Assembly: GCA_003971905.1 (NCBI GenBank)
Contig: RSEE01000011.1
Span: 62,001 to 126,000 of the forward strand
Direction of reading: 5' to 3'
DNA: 64,000 bases
Origin: Moniliella sp. 'wahieum'
Taxonomy: Eukaryota
In this document: positions 1-13,871 of the stretch, piece by piece
How the letters are laid out: each line of letters begins with the position of its first letter
How positions within the stretch are numbered: position 1 is the stretch's first letter
The notes under the pieces: model-generated
What the model was told of the DNA's origin: nothing
Seen by the model: only the letters and a program-made list of their open reading frames with translations
Database searches by the model: none
Program-made: the position numbers and the translations under genes

Positions 1-103
1 GCGGGTTGGGCCAAGTGGCGCTGCGTCGTGGAAGGTGTTGTGGCGGGCAGGCGCGGGCAGCCTCCGTCCCCCCACCAGCCTCCGCATCAGCATCGCCATC
101 ACC

Positions 104-1788
104 ATGGCCGGCCGTTTGGGAATGATGCAGCCGCCCGTCATCGTGCTCCGCGAGGGCACCGACTCGTCCCAGGGCACAGGCCAGCTGCTCAGCAACATTG
201 GTGCGTGCCAAACCGTTGTGAACTGTGTCGCCTCCACCCTCGGCCCGCGCGGGATGGACAAGCTCATCATCGATGGCCGCGGCAAGAGCACCATCTCCAA
301 CGATGGTGCGACCATCCTCAAGCTCCTGGAAATCGTCCACCCAGCTGCTCGCACCCTGGTCGACATTGCCCGCGCCCAGGACGCCGAGGTGGGCGACGGC
401 ACAACCTCGGTGGTGCTCTTGGCCGGCGAGATGCTCAAGGAGGCCCGTCCGTTTATCGAGGATGGTGTTTCGCCCCACATTATCATCCGCGCTTTCCGTA
501 CAGCTGCCCAGATGGCGGTCGAACGCGTCAAGCAGTTGGCCGTTGCCATTGACCGCAACGATCCTGTCGGCTTCCGTGACCTCCTGATGAAGTGTGGGGG
601 ACTGCGATGAGCTCCAAACTCATCGTATCGCAACGCAGCTTCTTCAGCAACATGGTTGTCGATGCTGTCCAGACGCTTGACCAGGACGACTTGGATGAAA
701 ATTTGATTGGGATCAAAAAGGTGCCTGGCGGCGGGATGCAAGACTCGCTGTTGGTCAAGGGCGTGGCGTTTAAGAAAACGTTTGCGTATGCTGGATTCGA
801 GCAACAGCCCAAACGGTTCACCAATCCCAAGATCTTGAATCTGAATGTTGAGTTGGAACTTAAAGCAGAGAAGGACAATGCCGAGGTTCGAATCAACGAG
901 TGGTGAGCGAGTACCAAGCCATTGTCGATGCCGAGTGGAACATTATCTATGCCAAACTCGAGGCCATCGTCCGCTCGGGAGCGCAGGTGGTGCTGTCCAA
1001 GTTGCCGATTGGCGATTTGGCTACCCAGTTCTTTGCCGACCGCGACATTTTCTGCGCTGGACGCGTCGCAGCGGACGACATGCAGCGGGTGATTCAAGCT
1101 GTCGGAGGATCGGTGCAGTCGACCGTGTCGGACTTGCCCTGAACACCTCGGCACGTGCGAGCTGTTTGAGGAGCGTCAGATCGGATCCGAGCGGTTCAAC
1201 CTCTTTGAGGGGTGCCAGGCAGCCAAGACGTGCACCCTCATCCTCCGTGGCGGAGCGGAACAGTTCATTGCTGAAGTGGAGCGGTCGTTGCACGATGCAA
1301 TCATGATTGTCAAGCGAGCGATCAAGAATGGTTCGATTGTCGCCGGTGGTGGGGCGGTGGAAATGGAGCTGTCGAAATACCTGCGCGAGTATGCCAGGAC
1401 GATCGAGGGGAAACAGCAATTGATCATTGGTGCGTTCGCCAAGGCACTCGAGGTGATCCCGCGCCAGATTGCGGACAATGCAGGGCTGGACGCGACGGAT
1501 TTGCTGAACCAGTTGCGGATGCGTCATGCCCAAGGCCATGCATGGGAAGGCATTGACATGGACACGGACGGCGTGGCGAACAACTTGGAAAAGTTTGTAT
1601 GGGAACCGTCGCTGGTCAAGATCAACGCCATCTCCTCAGCTGCCGAGGCTGCCACGCTCATCCTTTCCGTGGACGAGACGATCAAAAACCAACAGTCTGA
1701 GCGGCCAAACCCAGGCCCGGCGGCACCGCCTGGGACAGCGCAGCGCGCATTGCGCGGTGCTGGACGTCGGACCGGCGGGCGTCGTTGA
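104..1788 (+). CDS. CCT7: T-complex protein 1 subunit eta (chaperonin CCT7); split by 3 apparent indel frameshifts (~600, ~903, ~1140)
   Basis: Motifs [82 protein letters not shown] and [11 protein letters not shown] across consecutive + ORFs. Confidence 0.95.
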
Positions 1789-2262
1789 ACGTGTTGTCAA
1801 TGCTAGCGCATTCTCCGGTCTTTTCCCATGGTATCATTAGTATCATTGCTTTGCATGCTGGCCTCAGGCCCATCATGTGTCAATCAGTGAGGATAAAACA
1901 GGCGCCCTTCATGAGATGCAGCGAGATGGAAACATGCATCGTTGGGATATTTTGTAGTGGAGAGGAGGGAGCGCCAAGGGTATAGAGACTGATGATATAT
2001 GGGTCGCACAAGTCGGATTATGGTCGTAAAGGGATGGGTGGGGGGGGGGACTGGACGAATAGAGGGGATAGGGGTACGCGGTCATTAGGAAACCAGTTCG
2101 ATGAACCACAACAGGGGGAAGGAAGTGACTAGCCAGTATCAAGTCTCTGCAACCGGGCCAGAGGCGGCGAGCCAAGAGGGAGAGACCCACGCGTCAGGCA
2201 TCTACAGTCGCGCGGGTACGATTCAAGCTAAGGGTCAACAAAATCGAACCGGTTGTTGCTAG

Positions 2263-5200
2263 TCAAGGCCGGCGCAGGACGGAGCGGAAGCAGGCAGAGG
2301 GGGCACGCACCAGTAAAATGTGCTCGGCAAAGCGTAAAAAGCGTTTGGCGTATTCAAGCGGAGTGATCTGGCCAAGAGTCAGTTGGGATGGGTGTATGAA
2401 GACGACGCTACAAAAGCCAAACGTACCACTGTTGGTTCCCCGGCCGGGCCAATTAGGCCAGTACCTTTCATGAACGTTTCCACTCTTTCCTTCCATTCGT
2501 AAGGACGAAAGTAGTCTGGTCGATGGGCGAGGATCCCCCCAAGTCAAAGTCAGCACATCAGAAGCTTACACATGCTTATTAGCCTCAACGGAGGGGGGGG
2601 GGCGTACCGACAATCCCAACAACCAACTCTTGCGAAGTGGGAGCAACGCCAAGAAGAAGTGAGTAGTCCATCATCCCTTGTTGGGCCAGGAAGTGCGCGT
2701 CGTTGGAAAGAGCGGAAAAGAGGTGGTGTTTGCAGTGCTCTGTGACAAACAGGGGCTGTTTTTCTGGTGCCGCCAGTGCAGCAAAGTTGGCATCAGTAGG
2801 ACTGTTCCTTTGGCTGCTGGTTCAGGGGCGACAAAGCGGTTGCGCAACGACCCCTTGAGATCAAACACTGTCTCCACCTCGCCCGGGACTGAATTGGAGG
2901 AGCCGTAGCGGTCATCATCAGAGGTGACCTGCCGGCCGTAGAACAGATCCTCCATCACGAAACAGTCAATATGCTCGTGTTTGTGCAATGGTCCCTCAAA
3001 CAGCTCCACTCGGAACAGGCCCAAGACGCGGGCCAAGGCCGAGGGGTGGGCAGGACGGTTGATGCCAAGGCACGTGGCCAAATGGGCAAAGTACGCGGGG
3101 GCAAAGGTGGTCAAGGCATTGAGCTCGGTGCGAGTGAGAGTTTTGATGATGAATCGTCGGTCCATCGAGCGGTAGAAGGAGGCATTGGACTTGCCCCCCT
3201 TGGCCCTCCACGGCTGACACCGTGCGAGCGAAGCAACAAACGCATCATGTTCGATTTCTACCGCCTGGCGCAGGGCAGCAAACTGTTCGGCATAAAACAC
3301 CCGGATAATCAAAAGCGGGGCGCCCGGTGCATCGAACTGGAACCGCATATGAGTGCCTGTTGGAGTACGCAATGTGGCACCCAACCCGCCCTCACTTTGG
3401 TTCCACACCGACGGATGGAGGCGCTCCATCTGCAACGCGTACTCATCGCTGCTGAGAGTGAGAGCGATGGCCGAGATGGGCTCCTTGCTCCACAGGGGCA
3501 TCGAAGCTTGGGGAAACAAATGGATCCCGCGCAATGGCCGGTCCAATGGCGCCAGACGGTCCGAAGCTGATCCCCACAAGTCAGCCAAACTGCGAAAAAA
3601 GACCGTTCTCTCTCTCCTTCCTCCTCCACCGATGCCCACGATTGGCGTCCCGATTCCACCTCCCTCTTCGCCGTATCGCGAGACAAAGGGGCGGGCAAGG
3701 AGAGGGCACGTGAATTATCCAGTAGGCGCGAAGCAGCGGGCACATCAGTACTCGTTTCCGGTTCGGACACGGATTCGGCTTCCGACTCAATGTCTGACTC
3801 GTCCCACGTCGAGTCAGACAGAGCTTCATCGACATCACTAAAGACGACAACTTGGGTGTTGCGACGACGCCGGGCCCGTGCACGGGGGTAGGGATGCAGG
3901 TGCAGGTGCAGGTACGGATAAAGGTGAAGTCCTGCAGGCCGACCAGGGCGCTGCACTGCTGCCGTACGCACCAGAGCAAGCGGCGTCGCCGGGTCGAGAG
4001 GAGAATGGATGAAGAGCGACGGGCTTCGAGAGGAGGGCGGTCGCGAGGGACCCGGGGCATAGGTGGGGGCGAAATGCTGGCCGAACCGGACGGCTGGCGT
4101 GGTTGGGAAGTCGAAGAGGCAGCAACCTGTTGCCCCGGTGGCCCTGGATAGGGAACCGAGCGAGCGCGGGCGCGACCCTGGATCGGGTGGGTCACAATGA
4201 TTCCGAAGGCGCCCGACCGCCCGTCTCGTCCGTTGAGCCGCTGCAGCTAGGGTGCAGGGAGGAGGGATCGCAAGATCGGCTGGTGCCGGGGTGCTGTCTG
4301 GCGAGGGGGATCGTGCCAGAGAAGGCAGGTTCCACATTCCTAGGCCACTGGCCAAAGACAGCCGATGGCGCCACTCGTTGCGAGGAAGAAATTCAGACTC
4401 GTATTCGGCCAGGCGTCCCTCCCATTCGTCCGCCTCGGTCCCCAGCTCCCGCCAGAGGGTTAGTACAGCACTCAGATCCGAAGAAGCGAGGAAACGACTG
4501 TGCATCGTCCGGAAGAGGGATTCCTCTGCCTTCAGCAGGTCTGTCAAAAGCCTCGCCCCATTCAGGGCGGCCCGAACGCGCACCTCCGTCTCGGACCCCT
4601 TTTCGGCTTCGGCCATCAGGGTATCCAGGCGCGCTCGCGCACTGTCCCACCATGCTGTCGCACGAGACAGAATGTGGGCCAGCTCATCGATCCGCCTGGA
4701 ATGTTGTAAGTCGGCTCTTGGGACTAGCCTAGCTGCCGGGAGGTCACTTCAAATGTGACGAGAGGGGATACCGAGTTCAACCTTGCGACCACGGCAGACA
4801 AAGAGATGCATGCCCAAGTGAGAGCAATGAAGCGGTGGGCCATACAGAGCCAGCAACACGACTTGGGTAAACGAAAGGGAGCGTTCGTCTCCCAGACGTT
4901 GCATGTCGGTACTGCGGTGGCATAAAGGGCAGGTATGGCATCGGAACACGGAAGCATCAAGTGGCGACCCCGACGGATGTCCCGAGACTCGCACATCCAC
5001 TCTCTTGCCAGCATGGAAAACGTAGTTGTGTGCTCCCCCCCACGGAACGGCAAGTGGGCAGGGGTAGTGGCTAGATCCGAGATGGCCCGAGCCAGACACT
5101 TGTCCCCCTCTCCGTACAGCGTAATTTCGACCCAAGTTGGGGCCGGCACTGACTCTCTTCTCCCCCGCCACGGTGCAAGTGACGAGCTGCATCCAGATTA

Positions 5201-7270
5201 GCTTTTCACAGGGCAATGTAGGCAGAGCCCCCTCCGTACGGGATTGATACTGGTTCCATGCTTCAACTTGTTGGCAGACACGGTTGGTCAAAGTGGTCAG
5301 TTCCACTTCAGCTATGCGCTCGTCCGCTTGAGCACCAGCATTGGAGAGGCGCATGCTCTGAAGTATCGATTCGTGTTCCAAACCCGTCACTCTTCCTTGT
5401 TGTTGTTGTTGTTTTCCCCTTTGTATCAAAGGGCGGAGGGTGCATAATCGTTTGCGCACAACCGCCAGTTCATGCGACAACTTGACCAGCTTTTGAATGG
5501 GTTGGGGCGGGGGGATACGAATGGTACAAGAGAGATGTGGCCCCGTCAACATACTGGGATAGGTACGCCGGATGGAGGGTAGAAGGGAGCGGGACGAGAT
5601 GCTGAAGGGCAAGAGGGCGGAAATGTCGCAGGCAGGCGGACGCGAGCCTGAGGGGTGTTGGGGAGATTGGAGGTTCTCCAAACTTGTTCCATACGAAGGT
5701 TGTACGCCACATGGGCCACTTGGAGCACATTCACCAACATACTCCAATCGTCTCAGCGAGCTGGGCCGATGAGAAACGAGCCAATGGAGCTTTGGTTGAG
5801 CTTGCCCTGCAGTTTCATCAATGCCAACGCTCGGCCCGCCCCCACCGACGGGTGCAGCATAAAGTCCTGAACATCAAAAAATGTCGCTTGCCCAACAACG
5901 TGCGAAGATTCCAAGGCACAAGTGGACACAGTAATCGCGGCGCCAGTACACTGCCTAATCGCATCCAGTTCCGAGGCGGTACAGCCAGGCAAGAGCGCCA
6001 CGCCCGTTCGCTCCAACTGGTCGACCACCCATCGAGACACCAGGCCTGAACCGCTAATGACGAGATGAGGTTGTGGGAAAGGAGGGCACGAACAAGGTGG
6101 CGCAAGTACGCATCTTCTTCCCGTTGTACCGTCGCAAGGTCCACCACCCCTGCCTCGTCTCCCAAATAGGTCAAAGGGAAAGAAACGATGAGCACACGGG
6201 CCGAGGAAAGAGGCAAGAAACGACGCATGCCCTTGGATGCCACATCCCTGAGCGCCACCACGCCTTTGACATACCGTACCCCGGCGCGTCCAGGAAGGGG
6301 AAGCACGCGAATATGTTTCCGCAGATCCATTTCGCCATCCTCAGGGTCGAGCTGAAGACGGGCATTCGCTTTGAGCGCTAGCTGGACCACCGTCTCTCGC
6401 CAGCTTTGGTGCGAGCCCAGTAGCTTGGCGGCATACGACCACAGGTACGTCCTTTCCTCTGCCCCAAGCGAAGGAAGAAGGGGGCTGAGAGGACTGATGA
6501 GACGGGTGGGAATCGGCACATCTTGCTCTTCATTTTTGGTACTCGGACAGGGGTGCCGGATGGCACTCGAGAGTAAGGAGACGGGCACCTTTCTGGCTCT
6601 TCAGGCGCAGCTGAAGCCGAGAGATGATCGTAATTTTGGGCACAGGCAACGCATACACGGGACCGGGCAGGGCCAGCAGGGTGATAATGTGGCGCGTGGC
6701 GCTAGTGCACGATGCACAAAAGATGCTGCCACATAGACGGCAATCTGCACCGGCAAAATGGACATGTCAGAATTCGTGTCGGGTAGATTGGGAGGTACTC
6801 CCCCCACAAAGCACTACAGGCAGAAGTGGGGTATATAAACGAGACGTACGATGGCGCCGGCACAGTAGGTGGAAGGCACGCTCGCAGCGTGTACAGGCAG
6901 CGGCTGCCTTGTCGGGCATCCAGTTGGGGGGGGGCTGGAGATGACTGACTCAGTGTCATCGGTGTCGGGGTCATGGAGGAAGGTGTGCCAGGCAGGGACC
7001 GTGCGTGCTGGTGACGGTGGCGCAAGGGATGGTGAAAGCGGCAGCTGCGGTCGGGGTTGCCGACGTTGAGGTTGATGCGATTGAGGTGGAAGCTGATCGT
7101 GCGCGTGAGGCAGCAGAAGGGGGGGCAAATCCGAATCAGGATGGGTTGGTGGGCAGCGGCGGGAGGACGAGAGCATGCCAGAAGGCGGTGAACCTGCTGC
7201 GAGTCGCTGCGTTGTTGCGGCCTGGATCGCACGCGGGAGGTTCGAGGCCAAAGCTTACCAGCGATGCCAT
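2263..7270 (-). CDS. FAB1: 1-phosphatidylinositol-3-phosphate 5-kinase Fab1/PIKfyve (FYVE, CCT-like and PIP5K domains); multiple frameshifts, ends approximate
   Basis: FYVE-type CRLCGSIFCASC at ~6700-6745; CCT-like block (YVKGVVALRDVASKGM, EEDAYLRHLV); kinase motifs GGKSNASFYRSMDRRFIIK, FDLKGSLRNRFV and ITPLEYAKRF. Start ATG at 7270 is a guess. Confidence 0.85.
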
Positions 7271-7741
7271 GCGTACATGCGCAGTGGTGAAGAGGGAAGG
7301 CAGAGCTGGAGGTGGGAGGGCGTGGAGTGGTGTGTTGGTGCGAGGGGGGGGGCAGCATATGACATGGATTGGAGTATGCGACTGCGAGGGATGCCTTGGG
7401 TAGCCCAGTGAGTATACTCTCCGTAGGGTGCGGTGCTATGGCAGAAGGTGTGGGCGTCCACTGCATGATCGATGATCACACCTCGGCTTGTCAGGGCACA
7501 TTTCAGCTCGCTCGCATTTGGGCTTTGCACCCGACTGGGAAAGCAGCGCACAGGGCAGCGCTTGCCCCCTCGGCATTCGCTGGACGTACTATAATAGTGA
7601 GCGCCCAGGCGCTCAGGCCGCCTCACTTGAGGCCTCAGGCTGAGCTGAGCCCTCCGTGGGGTTATCTTGCAGAGTGGCTGTGACTCGGGACTGGGATGGA
7701 ATAGCAGGCTGTAGCGTGCTGTAGCCGGGTGCCCATCCGCT

Positions 7742-7765
7742 TGAAGCTTGAAGCTTGACGCGTGA
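7742..7765. repeat. TNA/4-bp-palindrome run TGA-AGCT-TGA-AGCT-TGA-CGCG-TGA
   Basis: Direct reading; upstream of FAB1. Confidence 0.85.
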
Positions 7766-8186
7766 CGAGCTTGAGTAGCTTCCTGTAACAGGAATCTTTT
7801 CAGCTCTTCAAGCTCTTTAAGCTTCAAGCGGCGCTGCCCGCACAGTCCATCCAAGCGATCCCACCTTGCCGGCTATCGACCAGTGACTTCACTTTCACTA
7901 GTGACCTAGTGACCTAGTAACCGGCCCCCCCTGACTACGGCAGACCCTGCCCGCCGCACCTTATCCATGTCGTCCAGGCCACGCCAGCTTCTCTCGATCA
8001 ATCTATCTATCACACGCCACGCGGCAGCCGCAACGAGTAGCTAGCAACTAGCAACGCGTATAGTAGCGGCTGCAGCGGCTGCAGCATGAAACGGCTCTTG
8101 CGTTTTGAACGGTCCGTTTTGCATTTCCCATTCCAGGCCAAGCACGTGCCATTTGCTAACGGTACTGATACCCCCGCGCCCCACCC

Positions 8187-9213
8187 TCAGGCAAAGTATT
8201 CCGGCAGTAGGAAGCTCAGGTTCTTCTTGGCCTCGGCCGGGATGGCGTGCGGTTTGGTAACAATGGCAAACTTCATGCTGCCCCGCAGCGCCTTGTTGGA
8301 CGCCGACTCGGGATTGGCCGCCTCGGCATGCACCGTGTCCAGCACTCCCAGCACCACTTCTTGCGACGCAACCACATTGTGCTGCAGCACCGCCATCACC
8401 TGCTCCACCGTCACCGCGCCCTCGTGCGCCCGCCACGCATCGTAGTCCGTCGCGGTCGCCACCAACACATAGCCCAACTCGGCCTCGCGTGCCAGCTTGG
8501 CCTCGGGCAGGACGGACATGTTGATAATGTCGCCGCCCAGCTGGCGGTAGACGTTGCTCTCGGCCCGGGTGGAGAAGGCGGGGCCCTCCATGCACACCAC
8601 ACACTTGTCCCCGTGCACCTGCACCTCGGGAGCGGCTTGGCGAGCACCTGGCGCAACTTGTTCTCCACCAGCGGACGCAGATGCTCGTCAAACGGATCGC
8701 CAAACATGGCGTGGGCCACGACCGACGACTCGGCCCCGTCGCCAAAGAACGAGGCACGGCGGACCCCCTTGGTGCGATCGAGGATCTGAGAAGGAACGAT
8801 GAAATCCTTCGGACGCACCTCCTCCCGCAGACTGCCCACGGCCGAGAAGGCGAGGATGGTGCGGACACCGAGGTGCTTGAGGGCGGCAATGTTGGCCAGG
8901 GCTGGCACCTTGCTGGGCGGCACCTCATGGGCTACGCCATGGCGAGCAAGGAATGCAATGTGCACGCCGCTCGGCAGCTTGGCAACCGTAATGGGCGAGC
9001 TGGGCTTGCCCCAGGGCTAGATACGAGGCAGAGATGGTGGTTAGTGCACGATGCTACGCCTGGGGGGGACGGAGGTGAGCCAGGAAGGGCACACACGGTA
9101 TCAGGGTGCACCTGGGTGACAACCTCGACGCCGCGAAGGTGGTAGAGGCCAGAGCCGCCAATGACGCCCACGCGAACGCCGAGCTGCTGCACTTGAGCGA
9201 CGGAGAGGGCCAT
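8187..9213 (-). CDS. MEU1: S-methyl-5'-thioadenosine phosphorylase (MTAP); one intron at 9017-9096
   Basis: VGVIGGSGLY, IAFLARHG, ANIAALKHLGV, MEGPAFSTRAES, INMSVLPEAKLAREAEL, TDYDAW; intron GTGTGT...CTAAC...TAG on the - strand. Confidence 0.93.
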
Positions 9214-9845
9214 GGTGAGGATGGTGGTGGGGGGCTGGAGCGAAAGCGCACGTGAAGAAAAAAGTTGAACGCGAAGACAGGCAATGGGTACAGCCAGCCA
9301 CAAGCCGCACGAAGCCCTGGAGGGTAGGCTTATTGCAGGTCTCCCGCCCAGCGGAAACTGCGCGCGCAAGCCGGTATGCCGCGGGTACGGGCGGAGGGCG
9401 GAGATAGCGGGGACTGAGTACTGACGCGACGGGGAAGAGGCGTGACGCGTGAGTGGCAGCACTGCAATTTCACTCGGGGCACGTGATCGGGGGGGTTGGG
9501 GGTTAAATGAGGGGGTGGTGACCAACACCTGCAGGCTGCAAACAGGAAGCGGGGGTTTAATGACCCTGCTGCGGCCCTTGGGGTGCTCTGGGGGCGGGAG
9601 AAGCGGCAGGAAGGACACAGACAGAGCACCCGCTCCAGGCAGGCCGCAGGCACTATCCCACACGCCCCGCCGCCGCGACGAGCACAGCGCCGCATCTCAT
9701 GGCCGCCACAGACTCCCACCCTGCCTCCCGCAATTCCCTCGTCCCACAGCGCCCCAGCACAGCGCCTCGCTTGCCTCCTCCAAGCACCACCCCGTCGCAC
9801 CGCCCATCCCGCTCCTCTGCCCCACCACCACCACCTCCTACCACC

Positions 9846-12800
9846 ATGAACGCCCACACACCCCCACCCAACCCCCGTCCTGCCCCTCCCATCGCCCACC
9901 CATCACCCCAGCCAGACGTGCAAAACGTTCGCCCCACCGCCCTCCCCCCCCTGCCACCCCGCCCATTTGCCACCCGCACCATCACCCCCTCCGTGCCACC
10001 CACACCTTCTTCCATGTCCGCCCCCCCCCTCGCGCGCACAACCCCCCCCCCAAGCGTATGTGTATTCCTCTGCTCTCCTTTCTTTTCTCCCCCCCCCCGC
10101 TATAATCTCTGTATAGTGATGCCAACTCTGACGCCCCTCCTTTTTAGAGTCCACTCGCACCATGTCAAGAGCATCAGCAGCGCCACACAGGCCTGCCTCC
10201 CTTCCTCCCCGTGCCCACCCGCAGCCGGTCTGCTCCCAAGGCCGGCGCCTCTCCCTCGGCCAAACAAGCGCGACGGCCCAGCCGCTGGTCACGTACCACC
10301 AACCAGCCACAACCTTTGCCGCCGCCGCCCAGCATGCCAGCGCCACTCTATGGGTATCCGGTAGGAGGGTATGTGCCATACGCTGCGTATCCATGGCCCA
10401 CCGCCCCGATGTTTGTCCCGCCACAGTGGGGCCATCAGCTCCCCGTTCCGCCCGAGGCAGCTGTGCCGTACCCTCTCCCGGTCCAGGCCTACCCTTTTCC
10501 CAACCCGATCCATCCCCTGCCATCTCCCCAGCACCCGCCGACGAAGCCACGCTACCCCGATCCTGTCCCATTCAACCCAGCATTCTCCTTTATCGCCACC
10601 TCCCCCCGCCCTTGATCCGTTAAGAGGGACAATAGAGGCGGTGCATCTAATGAAGGAGATAAACGAGAACAATGAGGTGCCGGACTACTTGCCGTCCCCA
10701 GCTGTCTCGCGCAAGGTCAAGATCATCAACCCCGCAACGGGGAAGGAGATCGAGTTGTCCAATATAGTGGAGCACAATTCAGATGGACCTTCTTCGATGC
10801 TGGGGCCGCCGTTGGAACGCACCGGGGAGGATGGGCTTGGGGACAACGAAGAGATTGGATCCAAAAGCGATCAAGAGACCCCAAAAGCGGACAATGTGCT
10901 TCCAACAACGCACCAAGAAGACTCTCCCGATGATGTCCAAAAGAGCCACACGTCTACTGTTGTGATGAGGCAGAACCAGATGGGTCCAAGGCCTGTGAGA
11001 GAAAAAGTGCAGAGCAACGAATTCAAGAAGACGCGGTCGTGGAAGAGGAGAAGACTCTTCCACAAGCTGCCATAAGGCGGGCTTGAGCCTTGCTCTTGAT
11101 GCCTGTGAGATTAGCCACAAAGAAGGCCTCCCCTCCCGCGGAAGGGACAAGGAAGTGGCAAACCAGCCTTCCACCCTCGTCACTTCAAGTGACTCAAGCA
11201 AGTCAAGTGATTCTCACCATTCACTGTCTTTTTCTGGGGAAAATTTAGCAGGATCAGAACTGAGCAAGTGGGGAGGAGCAGGGCAGAGGAGATGGTAACA
11301 TCCTGCTCTCCTCACCCTCTCCCCTCCTTGGCGCCAGCGATCTCATCCCCACTTCCTTCCCCACCGCCAATGAGGCTCGCCAGGCGGTTGAGGATGTCTC
11401 ATTGGTGCAATCTCCCAAGGGCATGTCCCTTCCTTCAATTGATGAACCCAACTCGAGGAAGCGCGTCCGATACAGTCGAGACTTTCTTCTGCAGTTCTCC
11501 TCGCTGCCTAACTTGCCACACCCAAACCTTACTTTACTCGGAGCCATGGGCCTATACCGCTTTTCGCCTCGCAAATCGAATTCGGAGGGGTGGCATAAAC
11601 ATGGCCGTCGTGGTTCTCGCGCGGGCAACACCAAAGGAAGCGCCTCCTTCGGTAAGCCGATTGCCAAGAGCAGCGAAGAACGTCTTGCGTCGAACCAGCG
11701 GCCCAACAATGGCGGCCTTGCGATGAGGAACAGTCCTTCCCGTTGGCCGATCCGTTGGCGACCGTGCGCGGTGAGGCTACGGGAAGCAGCAATGGTTCTA
11801 GTTGGGGTCCATCAGGGTCGAACGGAGGCAGCCGTCGCAAAGTTGGCGACGGGGGTACCTGGCGTTCACGGCATTGGCATAATGATTCTTCTGCGAACGC
11901 CACCCGATCGCTACCTGGTACCCCAGCAGGGGGAACCCGTTACCTTCAGGGACCTCAGCCATTGGAACGGTTCGATGGAGGTGCGGTCCAACCTCTAGAG
12001 CAGTCTGAGCATCGCTGGGTCCCACCCAGTAGCTTGGGTGAACGGATTTGTCAAGATTCGAAGGAGCATCGGGCGCGCAAGGTCAAGTCACTGCTGAACA
12101 AATTGTCGCCAGCCAACTTCTCCTCTGTCGCATCAAAAGTTCTGGAGCTGGCCCAGCCGAGTGCGCAAAGAAGAAGGTTCGGAATCTGATGCGGCAATGG
12201 CGCAAGTGATCGAACATCTGTTTGAGAAGGCGACGGATGAGCCTTCCTTTTCTGCGACGTACACTCGTCTCTGCACCTACCTTCATGAAACCTTGGCAAG
12301 GCAAGTGGTTCCTCTGGTTCAGCAATGGAGTCGCCGCACGCCACGTCGCAAAGCGAGACGGGCCAACGGTTCCGGCGTTTGCTCCTCCGTCGTTGTCAAC
12401 TGGTGTTTGAGACCAACTGGGCTCATCTCCAAGCCACCCGTGCCGTCGACGAAAGCGGCGCGGCGATTGAGGCAGCGCTTGCCGAGCGGTCTCGCGTGCG
12501 GAAGCTGCAAGAAGCGGAGATGTTGTCGGACGAGTACTATGAAGCGCAAAAGGCCAAGCGGCGTAGCTTGGGCTTACTCCAATTCGTTGGGGACCTGTTC
12601 AATGCGGAGATGCTCGGGGCGGTGTGGTGGTAACGTGCATGTCGACGCTCCTGAGCCACTCATCAGAGGAGCCGGCGGAAGAAGATATTGAGTCGGTGGG
12701 GAAATTGGCTCGAGCTGCGGGGCCGAGGTTGGACCAAATGTTGGCCCAGGCTCGGCACACTAACGATGGCCCCGAGGGCAAAGTGGCCACTCTGAAGACT

Positions 12801-13871
12801 CAAGTTGGCGAATGCTATCGCATCATGGCTTCCTTGAGCAAGACAGAGGAGGTTCCGAGCCGAATGCGGTACATGCTGCAAGATTTGCTGGCGCTACGGG
12901 CGAAAGGCTGGAAGACGGGATCTCCTTCCTCTTCGTCCTCCACCTCGTCCCGCCCCCTCCGCCGGTTTGCGGGAGGGGAAACGAACGGACGGGAAGAAGT
13001 TCGTGGCCCTCAACGTCCTGACAAGTTCAACCGCGATCGAGGAGGGCGGCGCATGAGCACACCCCTTTCCCTGCCTGACACGTCCCGGTTTGGCCAAGGC
13101 ATCCGTCCTTCCCCTGCCTTTAAGCACACCGGCCGGCCCCACTCGATCTTTTCGCAACCCCGAAAAGAGGGAAATAAGGCAAACGTGATCCCGAGGGCAA
13201 GCAACCAGTTTGCCCTCTTGGCCCAGACGGAAGATGCGCCTCCAACCCCGACGAGGGTCCAGCCTGACCCCACCCTTTCCTTGCCCGTCCCTCTCGTCCC
13301 GCACGATCCGCCTGCCTCTTCTCATCCTCCGTCGGCCTCACCTGTGACGGCAAAGGTGGTGGTAGGGGAGGAGCAAGTGCGTCGCCGGATGGAGTCCAAC
13401 TGGGCCGAGTGGATCGGGGTGTTGGATGTGCAAGAGGCCGTCTTGGCACTCGACGAGCTCCCTCCCGAGGTGCATACCACATGGATGGCAGGTGCCATGG
13501 ACCGTGTGCTGGACGGCGCTCAAGCTGGCGTCGACGCAACCGCACGGCTGTGGACCATGCTGCGTGCCAAAGCAAGGGTGGGCCTAGGCGACGCGGAGGT
13601 GGAGCGGGCCTTTGCGCCAGTGCTGCAAGGTGCTATGGAGCGGGACGTACCCTGCCTGTGGGACCGCCTGGCGCAGTGGCTCGTTGCAGCCCGAGTGCCC
13701 AGGGCCGAGGTGGAGGTGTGGGCCGAGCAGGGGCTGCGCGCGCCCGACGACCCGGATGGCGAGGCGGACGAAATGGAGCAAGAGGTGAGCTGGGCGCGCG
13801 CGCGGCTGCTCGCCAGCCTCGACGCCCGGCTGTCCGTAACCCAGGCCCAAGCCCCGCCAGGCAACACGTAA
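9846..13871 (+). CDS. Translation initiation factor eIF4G (eIF4E-binding motif, MIF4G domain, probable MA3-like C-terminus); frameshifted, probable intron ~10055-10147
   Basis: YSRDFLLQF (YxxxxL-hydrophobic) at 11471; RKVKSLLNKLSPANF, LFEKATDEPSFSATY, KRRSLGLLQFVGDLF, SRMRYMLQDLLALR; Pro-rich N-terminus. Confidence 0.88.
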
